Below, in pieces: positions 50,815 to 60,063 of a stretch of 64,000 nucleotides of DNA. This DNA comes from Alphaproteobacteria bacterium. Lineage in GTDB: Bacteria > Pseudomonadota > Alphaproteobacteria > UBA6615. Below the pieces are notes generated by a model. That model did no database searches, had not been told where the DNA came from, and saw only the letters and a program-made list of their open reading frames with translations. Each line of letters begins with the position of its first letter. The stretch's first letter is position 1. Location of the stretch: the NCBI GenBank assembly GCA_965261975.1, contig CBDHEC010000057.1, positions 64,001-128,000 of the forward strand. The letters run 5' to 3'. Position numbers and translations under genes: made by a program.

Positions 50815-51600
50815 CTAGCCGGCAAGCGCCGGCATCCGGATCGGACCTTCTATCGACTGACTGACGAACTGGCGCACATAGGCATTGTCCGTCTCGTCGA
50901 GTTCGGCCACCGGCCCGCGCCACACCACCCGGCCCTCATGCAACATCGCAACATTGTCGGCGATCCTGCGGACAACGGCCAAATCGCTAACGATTGAAAT
51001 CACACTCGCGCCCAGGTCATCGACCCGGTCATTGATCAGGTCGCTGATGATATTGCTCATGATCGGATCGAGCCCCGCCGTCGGCTCGTCGAGGAACAGA
51101 ATTTCGGGATCGGTCGCAATGGCGCGCGCCAGACCGGTGCGTTTCTGCATACCGCCCGAAAGTTCAGACGGCGAGAGATCAGCGGTATCCGCGGGCAAAC
51201 CAACCTGCTTCAGCTTCTCAACCGCGATCGCACGCGCCTCACGCCGCGACGTGCCGCTCTCCTGCAGCAGCCGGAAGGAAACATTCTCCCAAACCGTCAT
51301 GCTGTCGAACAATCCCTGACGCTGGAACAGAACCCCGAACCGCCGCATCCAGTCCATGCGCTGGTTTTCCGGCATGCCGACGGTCTCGGCGCCATCGACT
51401 TCGATGGATCCCGCGTCCGGCGCGACCAGGCCGAGAATGCATTTGAGCAACAGCGATTTTCCGCTGCCCGAACCACCGATCAGAACGAGGGATTGCCTGG
51501 GCTCAAGTTCGATATCCACCGCATCGAGAGCGCGCAGGCCATCGAAGCTGCGCGTCACCCCGGTGAGGCGAATTTTTGGCGTGTCGCCGTTCGCGGTCAC
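50815..51600 (-). CDS. ABC transporter ATP-binding protein, MlaF/Ttg2A family
   Basis: GGSGSGKS, LFDSMTVWENV, LSGGMQKR, LDEPTAGLDP; switch His absent (IVSD). Confidence 0.85.
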   Translation of the reverse strand: MTANGDTPKIRLTGVTRSFDGLRALDAVDIELEPRQSLVLIGGSGSGKSLLLKCILGLVAPDAGSIEVDGAETVGMPENQRMDWMRRFGVLFQRQGLFDSMTVWENVSFRLLQESGTSRREARAIAVEKLKQVGLPADTADLSPSELSGGMQKRTGLARAIATDPEILFLDEPTAGLDPIMSNIISDLINDRVDDLGASVISIVSDLAVVRRIADNVAMLHEGRVVWRGPVAELDETDNAYVRQFVSQSIEGPIRMPALAG

Positions 51601-53096
51601 TGCATTGTCGGCATATTGAGGCTGTGGCCTTCACGCACGCCGGACTTGGGCCAACGCGATGTGACCGCCTTGAGACGCGTGTAGAAGCGGACTCCTTCCA
51701 TGCCGTGCATGTGGGTGTCGCCGAATAGAGACCGTTTCCAGCCGCCGAAACTGTGATAGGCGACCGGCACCGGAATGGGCACGTTCACGCCGACCATTCC
51801 GATCTGCACCCGCTCGGTAAAGTCGCGCGCAGCATCGCCGTCCTTGGTGAAAATCGCGGTGCCATTGCCGTATTCGTTGCGGTTCACCATGTCGAGCGCG
51901 CTTTCGTAGTCCTTGGCGCGAACCACGGCCAGGACCGGTCCGAAAATCTCTTCCTTGTAGACGCTCATATCCTCGGTGACATGATCGAACAGGGTCCCGC
52001 CCATGAAGTAGCCGTTCTCGTAACCCTGTAGTTTCAGGCCGCGACCATCCACCGCGAGGGTCGCGCCATCGGCCACGCCCTGATCGATCAGGTTCAGAAT
52101 ACGGTCATGGGCCTGCTTGGTGACAACCGGTCCCATTTCGATATCGTCCGCATTCCCCGGGCCGATCTTCAATTCCTGGATCTTGGGCGTCAGATTGCCC
52201 ACCAGGGCATCCGCCGTGTCATCGCCGACGGCAACCGCGACGGAGACCGCCATGCAGCGTTGGCCGGCAGATCCGTAACCGGCCCCGATCAACGCATCGC
52301 TCGCCTGCTCGATATCCGCATCGGGCATCACGACCATATGGTTCTTCGCGCCGCCGAGTGCCTGCACACGCTTTCCGTGCTCGGCTGCCGTGGCGTAGAT
52401 GTATGAAGCAACCGGGGTCGAACCGACAAAGGAAACCGCGTCGACATCGGCATGGGTGAGGAGAGCATCGACAGCCTCCTTGTCGCCGTTGACCATGTTG
52501 ACGACACCTTCCGGAACGCCCGCCTCGTGGGCCAGTTCAACCAGGCGGAGGGGGCATGACGGGTCACGCTCGGACGGCTTGAGGATGAAAGTATTGCCGC
52601 AAGCGATCGACAACGGGAACATCCACAAGGGGATCATCGCCGGGAAATTGAACGGGGTAATTCCGGCACAGACCCCGACCGCCTGGCGGATCGAATAGGC
52701 ATCCACGCCCGTTCCCACGTCCTCGGTAAAGTCCCCACGCAGAAGATGCGGAATACCGCATGCATACTCGACGACCTCGCGGCCACGCAGGATGTCGCCC
52801 TTGGCATCCTCGATCGTCTTGCCATGTTCCAGGGTGATCAACTCGGCCAATTCATCGGTGTGCTGCAAAATCAGCTCGTTGAAGCGGAACATGATCCGGG
52901 CGCGCCGCAGCGGCGGCGTCGCCGACCATTCGGGCAATGCGGCTTTCGCGGCCGCGACGGCTGCATCGACATCTGCGCCGTTCGCCAAATGCACCTGCCC
53001 CACCTGCTCGCCCGTCGCCGGGTTGAACACGGGCCCCATACGATCTGATGTGCCCGAAGCGGCCGCTCCGTTAATCCAGTGGTCCAGGGTTTTCAT
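51597..53096 (-). CDS. mmsA: CoA-acylating methylmalonate-semialdehyde dehydrogenase
   Basis: ITPFNFPAMIP, KPSERDP, GGAKNH, GSAGQRCMA, EEIFGP, FGGWKRSLFG. Confidence 0.93.
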   Translation of the reverse strand: MKTLDHWINGAAASGTSDRMGPVFNPATGEQVGQVHLANGADVDAAVAAAKAALPEWSATPPLRRARIMFRFNELILQHTDELAELITLEHGKTIEDAKGDILRGREVVEYACGIPHLLRGDFTEDVGTGVDAYSIRQAVGVCAGITPFNFPAMIPLWMFPLSIACGNTFILKPSERDPSCPLRLVELAHEAGVPEGVVNMVNGDKEAVDALLTHADVDAVSFVGSTPVASYIYATAAEHGKRVQALGGAKNHMVVMPDADIEQASDALIGAGYGSAGQRCMAVSVAVAVGDDTADALVGNLTPKIQELKIGPGNADDIEMGPVVTKQAHDRILNLIDQGVADGATLAVDGRGLKLQGYENGYFMGGTLFDHVTEDMSVYKEEIFGPVLAVVRAKDYESALDMVNRNEYGNGTAIFTKDGDAARDFTERVQIGMVGVNVPIPVPVAYHSFGGWKRSLFGDTHMHGMEGVRFYTRLKAVTSRWPKSGVREGHSLNMPTMQ

Positions 53097-53220
53097 GACC
53101 GAATTCTCCTCCATGGGCGCGAGCGCCTCTTTTCCGGCATCCGACTGCGCGGATGTGTTTTGCGATTATAGCGGGCAATAGGAGACAGTGGGACTCCCAG
53201 CAAGCCAATGGCGCGGGAGT

Positions 53221-53721
53221 TCAGGCGTCTCCGGCCTGCGGGGCAAGATTGCTCAGTTTCCCGCGAAAGAAAATCAGCGGGTCGCCGTCCTGGACGTCGA
53301 AACGCTCGACTTCGCCGACGATGATGACGTGATCCCCACCGTCATGATGCACCACATTTCGACACTCGAAACGCGCCAGACACCCGTCGATGAGCGGCGC
53401 GCCCCCCAGTCCTTCTCCGTATTCCAGGTCAGCAAACTTGTCGGCGCCGGATTTCGCGAAGGCCATGCACTCCTCGCCCTGGGCATCACTCAGGATATGC
53501 ACGCAAAAATGGCTTGCCGCCTCGATAACCTGCAGGCTTGTCGAGTTGCGATCCAGGCTCCAGAGAATGAGCGGCGGGTCGAGCGATACGGAATTGAAGG
53601 AGCTGGCGGTGACCCCGACCAGTTCCCCATTTGCGCCTTTCGCCGTGATAATCGTGACACCGGTCGCGAAATTGCCCAATGCGTTGCGAAACTCGCGACT
53701 GTCGAAGGATGCTTCCGGCAT
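53221..53721 (-). CDS. Flavin reductase family protein (HpaC-like)
   Basis: FRNALGNFATGVTII, SFNSVSLDPPL, GGDHVIIVGEV. Confidence 0.9.
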   Translation of the reverse strand: MPEASFDSREFRNALGNFATGVTIITAKGANGELVGVTASSFNSVSLDPPLILWSLDRNSTSLQVIEAASHFCVHILSDAQGEECMAFAKSGADKFADLEYGEGLGGAPLIDGCLARFECRNVVHHDGGDHVIIVGEVERFDVQDGDPLIFFRGKLSNLAPQAGDA

Positions 53722-53930
53722 GCGTTCTACCTCTTGATTCCCGGGTCTTCCACATGCCGACGGCCGGGAAAACAATAGGGTCGAGATTTAGCGTCCGCAC
53801 GCCGGGTAATGCAACCGCCTGGCGCATGCGAGATCACTTTGTGGGCATCATCCAGGCGAAGGGATCGTGCAAACCCGATCTCCGATCGGCGCATATGACG
53901 AACCGGCATGACCTGCCCAATTTGGCGCCA

Positions 53931-54194
53931 GTTTCACATCCGTTTCACGACGCATCGCGACTATAAACAAAACAAAATATAAATGACAATTTCCGTCAAC
54001 TGCAATGAATACAACGCTATCTATCTGCTCCATTTTTCATATTAACTATATTTTTTATTCATCCTGTCGCTTCTATTATTTTATTTTCAGGATTATCCGA
54101 TATTTTTTATTTCTTATCGGATATTTCTACTGTATTCGCCACCTTGACAGAATTCGAACATGTTGTGTGATACTTCCTGCGGATCACAACATGT
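53931..54194 (+). promoter_or_regulatory. AT-rich regulatory region with several operator-like repeats and a TTGACA promoter
   Basis: GTTTCAC direct repeat with 11-bp period (53931/53942); TATCCGATA-N12-TATCGGATA (54094-54123); TTGACA 54144-54149; ACATGTTGTG...CACAACATGT (54158-54194). Confidence 0.6.
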
Positions 54195-54242
54195 CGTGGT
54201 TCGAAGGCTTATAAGTCTGAAATAACCCAGAAGGGGGACTAG

Positions 54243-54482
54243 ATGCCCGAAAATATGATGGAGAAAGTCAAAAAATGGATAGGCCAGGTTACGGAGCTTG
54301 GCCTCCTGCTCATCGCTCTCGCGATCGTGCTGGATATCCTTACCACCGGCGAACTGCCGTTCTTTGGTGGCGTCGTGAGTGAGCTGATCGGACTGATCCA
54401 GACACTCGGCGACAACGGTGTGGTCGGTTTGATCGCAGTTGCGATCATTCTCTGGCTGTTCGCGAAAAGATCTCCGGGTTAA
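54243..54482 (+). CDS. Small uncharacterised membrane protein (79 aa, 2 hydrophobic helices)
   Basis: Strong RBS AAGGGGGA; MPENMMEKVKKWIGQVTELGLLLIALAIVLDIL..PFFGG..LGDNGVVGLIAVAIILWLF. Confidence 0.8.
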   Translation: MPENMMEKVKKWIGQVTELGLLLIALAIVLDILTTGELPFFGGVVSELIGLIQTLGDNGVVGLIAVAIILWLFAKRSPG

Positions 54483-54491
54483 AGCGTTTAA

Positions 54492-54575
54492 ACCCTCGGG
54501 TTCGCCATCAGGCAAACCCGAGGGTCTCATTTCAGGACTTTGGAACCGCCCCGGGCGATGGCCCGGGGCGGTTTT
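54492..54575 (+). terminator. Two tandem hairpins, the second a Rho-independent terminator
   Basis: ACCCTCGGGTT/AACCCGAGGGT (54492-54525) and AACCGCCCCGGGC-GATG-GCCCGGGGCGGTTTT (54544-54575). Confidence 0.8.
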
Positions 54576-54647
54576 CCGTTCCGGCCCTCTTGAACCCGTA
54601 TACGGGCATGGTCATGCTGCGCGAAACATCACTCGCGGAGCACTTCC

Positions 54648-55448
54648 ATGCCGATGACACCACCTCGCAAAGGCGTCGAGATTAATTATGAGATGCACGG
54701 GGACGGGCCGGCCCTGATCCTTGTCAGCGGTACCGGGCACGATCTCGGCTTCTGGGCTGGCCAGATTCCGCACTTCGCGCCGTCGTTTCGCACAATCGTC
54801 TTCGACAATCGCGGGGTCGGCGCGTCGAGTGTACCTGATCGGGGTTACAGCCTTGCCGACATGGCCGATGACGCCGCCCATATCCTGGACCATGCCGGCA
54901 TTGAACAGGCCCATGTGATGGGGTTTTCGATGGGCGGTCATATCTCTCAGGAACTCGCGCTCAATCATCCCGACCGCGTTCTCAGTCTCGGGATTCACCA
55001 CAGTTGGACCCGAAACGGCGCGCGACTGAAGAAATTCCAGGAAACGCGACTGTACCTGGCCGAACATGATCAGCGCGTCGCATTGGCCGAGATCAGCATG
55101 CTGGCCCTGCACGCCAGCGCCTATTACGACCAGCATGTGGAAGAAATGGATGACCACCGCCGCTTCCTGCTCGAGAAGTCGCCGGTCAACGCGGGCTGGA
55201 TCGGCCAGCTTGAGGCCTGCATCGTCGGCGACACCTATGACCGTCTGCCCGCGATCGACGTTCCGACACTCGTGACCTGTTCCGATCTCGACCTGATCGC
55301 GTCGCCCCATCTTTCGGCAGAGATTCACGCGCAGATTCCCGGGTCCGAGCTCAAGATTCTCGAAGGAACCGGGCATGTCGCGCTGATGGAAGACCCGGAA
55401 GGCTTCGCACAGGTGTGTCTCGACTTCCTCCGGCGGGTCGCAAACTAG
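54648..55448 (+). CDS. Alpha/beta hydrolase (enol-lactonase/RutD-like)
   Basis: FDNRGVG, GFSMGG nucleophile elbow, GTGH. Confidence 0.88.
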   Translation: MPMTPPRKGVEINYEMHGDGPALILVSGTGHDLGFWAGQIPHFAPSFRTIVFDNRGVGASSVPDRGYSLADMADDAAHILDHAGIEQAHVMGFSMGGHISQELALNHPDRVLSLGIHHSWTRNGARLKKFQETRLYLAEHDQRVALAEISMLALHASAYYDQHVEEMDDHRRFLLEKSPVNAGWIGQLEACIVGDTYDRLPAIDVPTLVTCSDLDLIASPHLSAEIHAQIPGSELKILEGTGHVALMEDPEGFAQVCLDFLRRVAN

Positions 55449-55537
55449 GCGTCTACGCCCTTGAGCCGCGCCCTGCGGCGGTTGATACTTCGCACAGAAA
55501 CCGGTGAACAACACCGGACCCAATGGGAGGGACGTTC

Positions 55538-57160
55538 ATGCTCGGACAAATCATGGACAAGCCGCTGCTGATTTCGAGCCTGCTCAAGCATGCCGACTTC
55601 GCTTCCGGCGACCGCGAGATCGTGAGCCGCACGGTCGAAGGACCTATCCACCGATACACCTATCGTGACGCCCACAAGCGCGCACGCCAGCTCGCCAACG
55701 CCCTGCAGGCACTCGACGTCAAACTCGGCGACCGGATCGCCACCATGGCCTGGAATACCCATCGCCATTTCGAGATTTACTATGCGGTGTCGGGAATCGG
55801 TGCCGTCACCCATACGCTCAACCCGCGGCTGCACCCCAGCCAGCTCACCTACATCATGAACCACGCCGAAGACGCCTATGTCTTCGTGGACATGAACCTC
55901 GTCCCGCTGATCGAGGCAGTCGCGGATGATTTACCCCACCTGAAGGGCGTGATCGTCATGACCGATCGCGCAAACATGCCCGAGACGGGCCTGGCGAATG
56001 TTCTCTGCTACGAAGACCTGATCGATGGTCATTCCGACGACCTCGAATGGCCGACGTTCGACGAGAACACGGCGTCATCGCTCTGTTACACGTCGGGCAC
56101 TACGGGAAACCCTAAAGGCGCACTGTTCAGCCATCGCTCGACCGTGATCCACGCTTATGCCTCCGCACTGCCAGATGTCCTGCACCTGGGAGAGAACGAG
56201 GTCGTTCTGCCGGTGGTCCCCATGTTCCACGTCAACGCCTGGGGCATTCCCTATGGCGCGACAATGGTTGGCGCCAAGCTGGTGTTGCCGGGCCCCAAAC
56301 TCGATGGCGCCAGCATTCATGAGCTGATGGTGAGCGAGGACGTGACCTTCGCCGCGGGCGTGCCGACGATCTGGCTCATGCTGCTCGCCCACTGGCGTGA
56401 AACATCGGCGAGCGCACCCGCGCTCAAACGCACGGTCATCGGCGGCTCCGCCTGCCCCGAATCCATGATCCGGGAGTTCCAGGATGATTACGGGGTCGAG
56501 GTGCGTCATGCCTGGGGTATGACCGAGACGAGTCCGCTGGGCGCCGTCTCGATTCCCAAACCATCAATGACCGACGATGCGACGCGGTTGCGTCAGCAAA
56601 CCAAGCAAGGCCGGCCCGTATACGGGGTCGAGATGCGTATTACCGACGATGACGGCAAGGCGCTCCCCCATGACGGTAAGACGTTCGGCGATCTGCATGT
56701 GCGCGGCCCCTGGATCATCGACAGTTACTTCAAGATGGACCAGTCGGAATCGCACGACGCCGACGGCTGGTTCGCGACGGGCGACGTCGCCACCATCGAC
56801 CCGGACGGTTTCATGGAGATCACCGACCGCTCGAAGGACGTCATCAAGTCCGGCGGCGAATGGATCAGTTCGATCGAGATCGAGAATCTCGCGATGGCGC
56901 ACCCCGGGGTGGCCCAGGCGGCCGTCATCGGCGTGCCGCATCCGAAATGGGACGAACGACCGCTCCTGGTCATCGTCCCGGCGGCTGACGAAACGCCGAG
57001 CCATGCCGATATGACGGCGTTTCTGAGCGACAAACTGGCCAAATGGTGCCTGCCCGACGACACGGTCTATATCGACGAACTCCCGCTCGGGGCCACCGGC
57101 AAGGTCCTCAAGACCCGGTTGCGCGAGAAATTCGGCGATCACCAATTGCCGACGGATTGA
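55538..57160 (+). CDS. dmdB: Acyl-CoA ligase, 3-(methylthio)propionyl-CoA ligase (DmdB)-like
   Basis: [62 protein letters not shown]. Confidence 0.7.
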   Translation: MLGQIMDKPLLISSLLKHADFASGDREIVSRTVEGPIHRYTYRDAHKRARQLANALQALDVKLGDRIATMAWNTHRHFEIYYAVSGIGAVTHTLNPRLHPSQLTYIMNHAEDAYVFVDMNLVPLIEAVADDLPHLKGVIVMTDRANMPETGLANVLCYEDLIDGHSDDLEWPTFDENTASSLCYTSGTTGNPKGALFSHRSTVIHAYASALPDVLHLGENEVVLPVVPMFHVNAWGIPYGATMVGAKLVLPGPKLDGASIHELMVSEDVTFAAGVPTIWLMLLAHWRETSASAPALKRTVIGGSACPESMIREFQDDYGVEVRHAWGMTETSPLGAVSIPKPSMTDDATRLRQQTKQGRPVYGVEMRITDDDGKALPHDGKTFGDLHVRGPWIIDSYFKMDQSESHDADGWFATGDVATIDPDGFMEITDRSKDVIKSGGEWISSIEIENLAMAHPGVAQAAVIGVPHPKWDERPLLVIVPAADETPSHADMTAFLSDKLAKWCLPDDTVYIDELPLGATGKVLKTRLREKFGDHQLPTD

Positions 57161-57207
57161 AGCTGCGCCCGCCTTCGGCGCGAGTCACCACTGAAAGAAA
57201 ACAAACC

Positions 57208-58044
57208 ATGGCCGACACTCCCACCGTTGATGAGCTGCTGCATCTCCGCTTCGACGATGCACCACGGAATGTTCCCGATGCTCCTGATGTCGACCCTTGG
57301 CACGCCATCGCAAATCATCAGTCGTGCCGCAGCTACACGGATGCACCGATCAGCACCGAGTTGGTTCACCAGCTATGCGCCCTGGCGCTGAGCTCACCCA
57401 CCAAGAGCGACCTGCAGCAGCGCGATATCATCATCGTGGAAGACCCGGAGAAACGCGCCACCATCAACGCGCTGTTCCCGGGCAGCCCCTGGATCGCCGA
57501 TGCGCCGGTGTTCCTCGTCTTTTGCGGCAACAACCGGCGCCTGCGCCAGATTCATGAACGCCACGGCCACCCGTTCGAGAATGATCACCTCGACGCCTTC
57601 TTCAATGCCGGCGTCGACGCTGGGATCGCCCTGTCGGCCTTCGTAACCGCGGCTGACGCCGCTGGCCTGGGCACCTGCCCCATCAGTACCATTCGCGATC
57701 ATCTGGACATCGTGAACGACCTGCTGGAATTGCCGGACTGGGTGTTCCCCGTCGCCGGCATGACCCTGGGCTGGCCGGGTCGCGCACCGCGGGTCAATCT
57801 GCGCCTGCCCCTCGCGGCAACCGTCCATACCGACACCTACAACGAGGACGTCCAGTGGGGTGCCATCGAGGCCTATGACGCGCGGCGTGCGGAACTTCGG
57901 CCCTATGGATCACAGCGCGACCCCGACCGCTTCGGCACCCGCGATCCCTACACCTGGTCTGAAGACAAGGCCCGCCAGTACAACGAACCCCAGCGTACGG
58001 ATTTCGGCGCCTATATCCGCAAGAAAGGGTTCGACCTGAGCTAA
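57208..58044 (+). CDS. NfsA/Frp-type nitroreductase
   Basis: HQSCRSY, SSPTKSDLQ, GLGTCPISTIR, LRLP..VH.DTY. Confidence 0.88.
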   Translation: MADTPTVDELLHLRFDDAPRNVPDAPDVDPWHAIANHQSCRSYTDAPISTELVHQLCALALSSPTKSDLQQRDIIIVEDPEKRATINALFPGSPWIADAPVFLVFCGNNRRLRQIHERHGHPFENDHLDAFFNAGVDAGIALSAFVTAADAAGLGTCPISTIRDHLDIVNDLLELPDWVFPVAGMTLGWPGRAPRVNLRLPLAATVHTDTYNEDVQWGAIEAYDARRAELRPYGSQRDPDRFGTRDPYTWSEDKARQYNEPQRTDFGAYIRKKGFDLS

Positions 58045-58050
58045 AGCTCG

Positions 58051-59253
58051 CTATTCGGCCGGCGCGGCGGCAAATCGAAGTGCGGGCAACAGAGATACCG
58101 CCGCGAATATCCCTACCGCCGTGATCGCCAGCAACACGAAAAGCGTGTCGAAGCCCCAGCGCCCGTGTATCCAGCCGATGAGCGGTACAGACGAGGCGAT
58201 GATCGAGAAGTTGATCGTGTAACGCAGCGCATAGACCCGGGCGCGCCACTCGCTGCGCGCCACCCGGCCAATGAGCACATCGTTGATCGGGATCTGGCTG
58301 AACACCGCAAACATGAAGGCGACCGCCACGAGCAATGCCGTCCAGCCGGTCAGCCCGGGCATCACCGAGAACAAAGCCGCCTGCAGGGCAGCGACGACCA
58401 TGAACACCCGGCGCACCGGCATGCGGTCCACGAGGTACCCCACCACCAACTGGCCGATCGAGGCGATCGCGAAGGCCAAAAAGGCGTATGACCCGACGGC
58501 GGTTGCCGAGACCGCCAGCGAGCCCAGCTGTTCATCGAATACCTTCGGCAGGCTGAAGGTCGTGCTCTGGAAAATCAGGCCGCCCAGTGACGAGGTAAGC
58601 AGGACGATGACCAAAACACGAATCATTGTTCCCCGGCCGAGTGTCAGGGCTTCCACGCCCCCTGCCGCATCCGGGCGGGCGCGTTCGCGGGCTTCATGGC
58701 TCCGCCCCCGGACCACCGCGATATAGACCAGCCCCAACAACATCGAAACGAGCCCCGGCCAGACAAACGCCGACCGCCAGCCAATATTATCGATCAGCAG
58801 CGCCGTGATCAGTGCAGCGGAAGCGACGCCCAGATTGCCGAAGATCCCATTCACCGCGATCGGCACCCCGGTGCGCGTACGCCCGTGGACGACGAGCGCA
58901 ATTCCCACCGGGTGATAGATCGCCGCGAACATACCGATCGCAAACAGCCCGACCGCCATCTGCAGAGGCGTGTCGGCAAGCGCTGTCGCCGCGGAAGACG
59001 CACCGATACCGATGAAAAATACGGCCATCATGCCCTCGCGGCTCCACCGATCCGCGAGCCAGCCCGCCGGGATGGTGAAAACCGCGAACGCCACGAAACC
59101 CGGCGTTGCATAGGTGATCAGCTGGCCGTAGCTCATGCCCCAGTCGCTGGCCAGCGCCAGCGCCGCAGCCGTCGCAAAAATGAGCATGAACAGGTGGTCG
59201 AGAAAATGACCGACGTTCAGCAGCAGAAAGTGCGCACCCTCGCGATTGAGCAA
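58051..59253 (-). CDS. MFS transporter
   Basis: GHFLDH, GWLADRWSR, AAIYHPVG, about 12 TM; TTG start inferred. Confidence 0.88.
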   Translation of the reverse strand: MLNREGAHFLLLNVGHFLDHLFMLIFATAAALALASDWGMSYGQLITYATPGFVAFAVFTIPAGWLADRWSREGMMAVFFIGIGASSAATALADTPLQMAVGLFAIGMFAAIYHPVGIALVVHGRTRTGVPIAVNGIFGNLGVASAALITALLIDNIGWRSAFVWPGLVSMLLGLVYIAVVRGRSHEARERARPDAAGGVEALTLGRGTMIRVLVIVLLTSSLGGLIFQSTTFSLPKVFDEQLGSLAVSATAVGSYAFLAFAIASIGQLVVGYLVDRMPVRRVFMVVAALQAALFSVMPGLTGWTALLVAVAFMFAVFSQIPINDVLIGRVARSEWRARVYALRYTINFSIIASSVPLIGWIHGRWGFDTLFVLLAITAVGIFAAVSLLPALRFAAAPAE

Positions 59254-59263
59254 AATCAGGCTC

Positions 59264-60025
59264 CTACCAGACTGACCAGCCGGCATCCACGATGACTGTT
59301 TCACCGTGAATCATGCGGGAATCCTCCGTCGCCAGGAACACGGCGGTCCCCGTCATGTCCTCGGGGTCGATGAAGTCGATACCCGTCGGCGTGAAGGTCT
59401 TCATCAGCTGCATATATTCCTCATTGCCCGGACCGCGCAGGTGGGCATTCAGCGGCGTCGCAACATTGCCCGGCGCGATGGAATTGACGTTGATCTTCTC
59501 CTTGCCGAGTTCGGCGGCAAGCGCGCGGGTCATGTTTACGACGCCACCCTTGGAAGCACAGTAACCCGGACAGTTCGGGAAGGCGCCGGTGCCGGCGATT
59601 GATGAGATATTCACCACCTTGCCACCACCGTTCTCGCGGAAGTGGGGCACCAGGGTCTTCACCATGAAGAAGTAACCCTTGAGATTGAGGTCGAGTTGCT
59701 CGTCCCAGATCTCCTCGGTTGTCTCCATGACAGGCACCGTGCGGAAGACACCCGCATTGTTGACCAGAATATCGACACGGCCGAATTCAGCGATCACATC
59801 CGCGACCAGTTTCTCGATGTTCTCGACCTTCGACACATCGGCCTTGAAGGCCTTGCCCTTGCCGCCCGCATCGGTGATTTCCTTGATGATGGCGTTCGCA
59901 CCGTCATCGTTGCTCTTATATACCGTGGCCACCGTCGCACCTTCGGCCGCATAGCGTTTTGCAATTGCAGCACCGATACCGACCGAACCACCCGTGACGA
60001 TGGCAATTTTATCTTTGAGTCTCAT
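59264..60025 (-). CDS. Short-chain dehydrogenase/reductase
   Basis: TGGSVGIG, NNAG, YCASK, PG. Confidence 0.92.
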   Translation of the reverse strand: MRLKDKIAIVTGGSVGIGAAIAKRYAAEGATVATVYKSNDDGANAIIKEITDAGGKGKAFKADVSKVENIEKLVADVIAEFGRVDILVNNAGVFRTVPVMETTEEIWDEQLDLNLKGYFFMVKTLVPHFRENGGGKVVNISSIAGTGAFPNCPGYCASKGGVVNMTRALAAELGKEKINVNSIAPGNVATPLNAHLRGPGNEEYMQLMKTFTPTGIDFIDPEDMTGTAVFLATEDSRMIHGETVIVDAGWSVW

Positions 60026-60063
60026 TTCTGTTCTCCCTTTGGATATTCGTTTCGGCCAGGCAG

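Noticed and set aside
53960-54135. AT-rich tract as replication origin or dif site
   Set aside because: No convincing DnaA boxes (TTATCCACA) or XerC/D consensus, and no hemE/dnaA/parAB context; better explained as a promoter region.
54005-54214. 69-aa ORF rich in F/Y/I
   Set aside because: By-product of the AT-rich sequence; overlaps promoter elements and its codon usage is unlike the genome.
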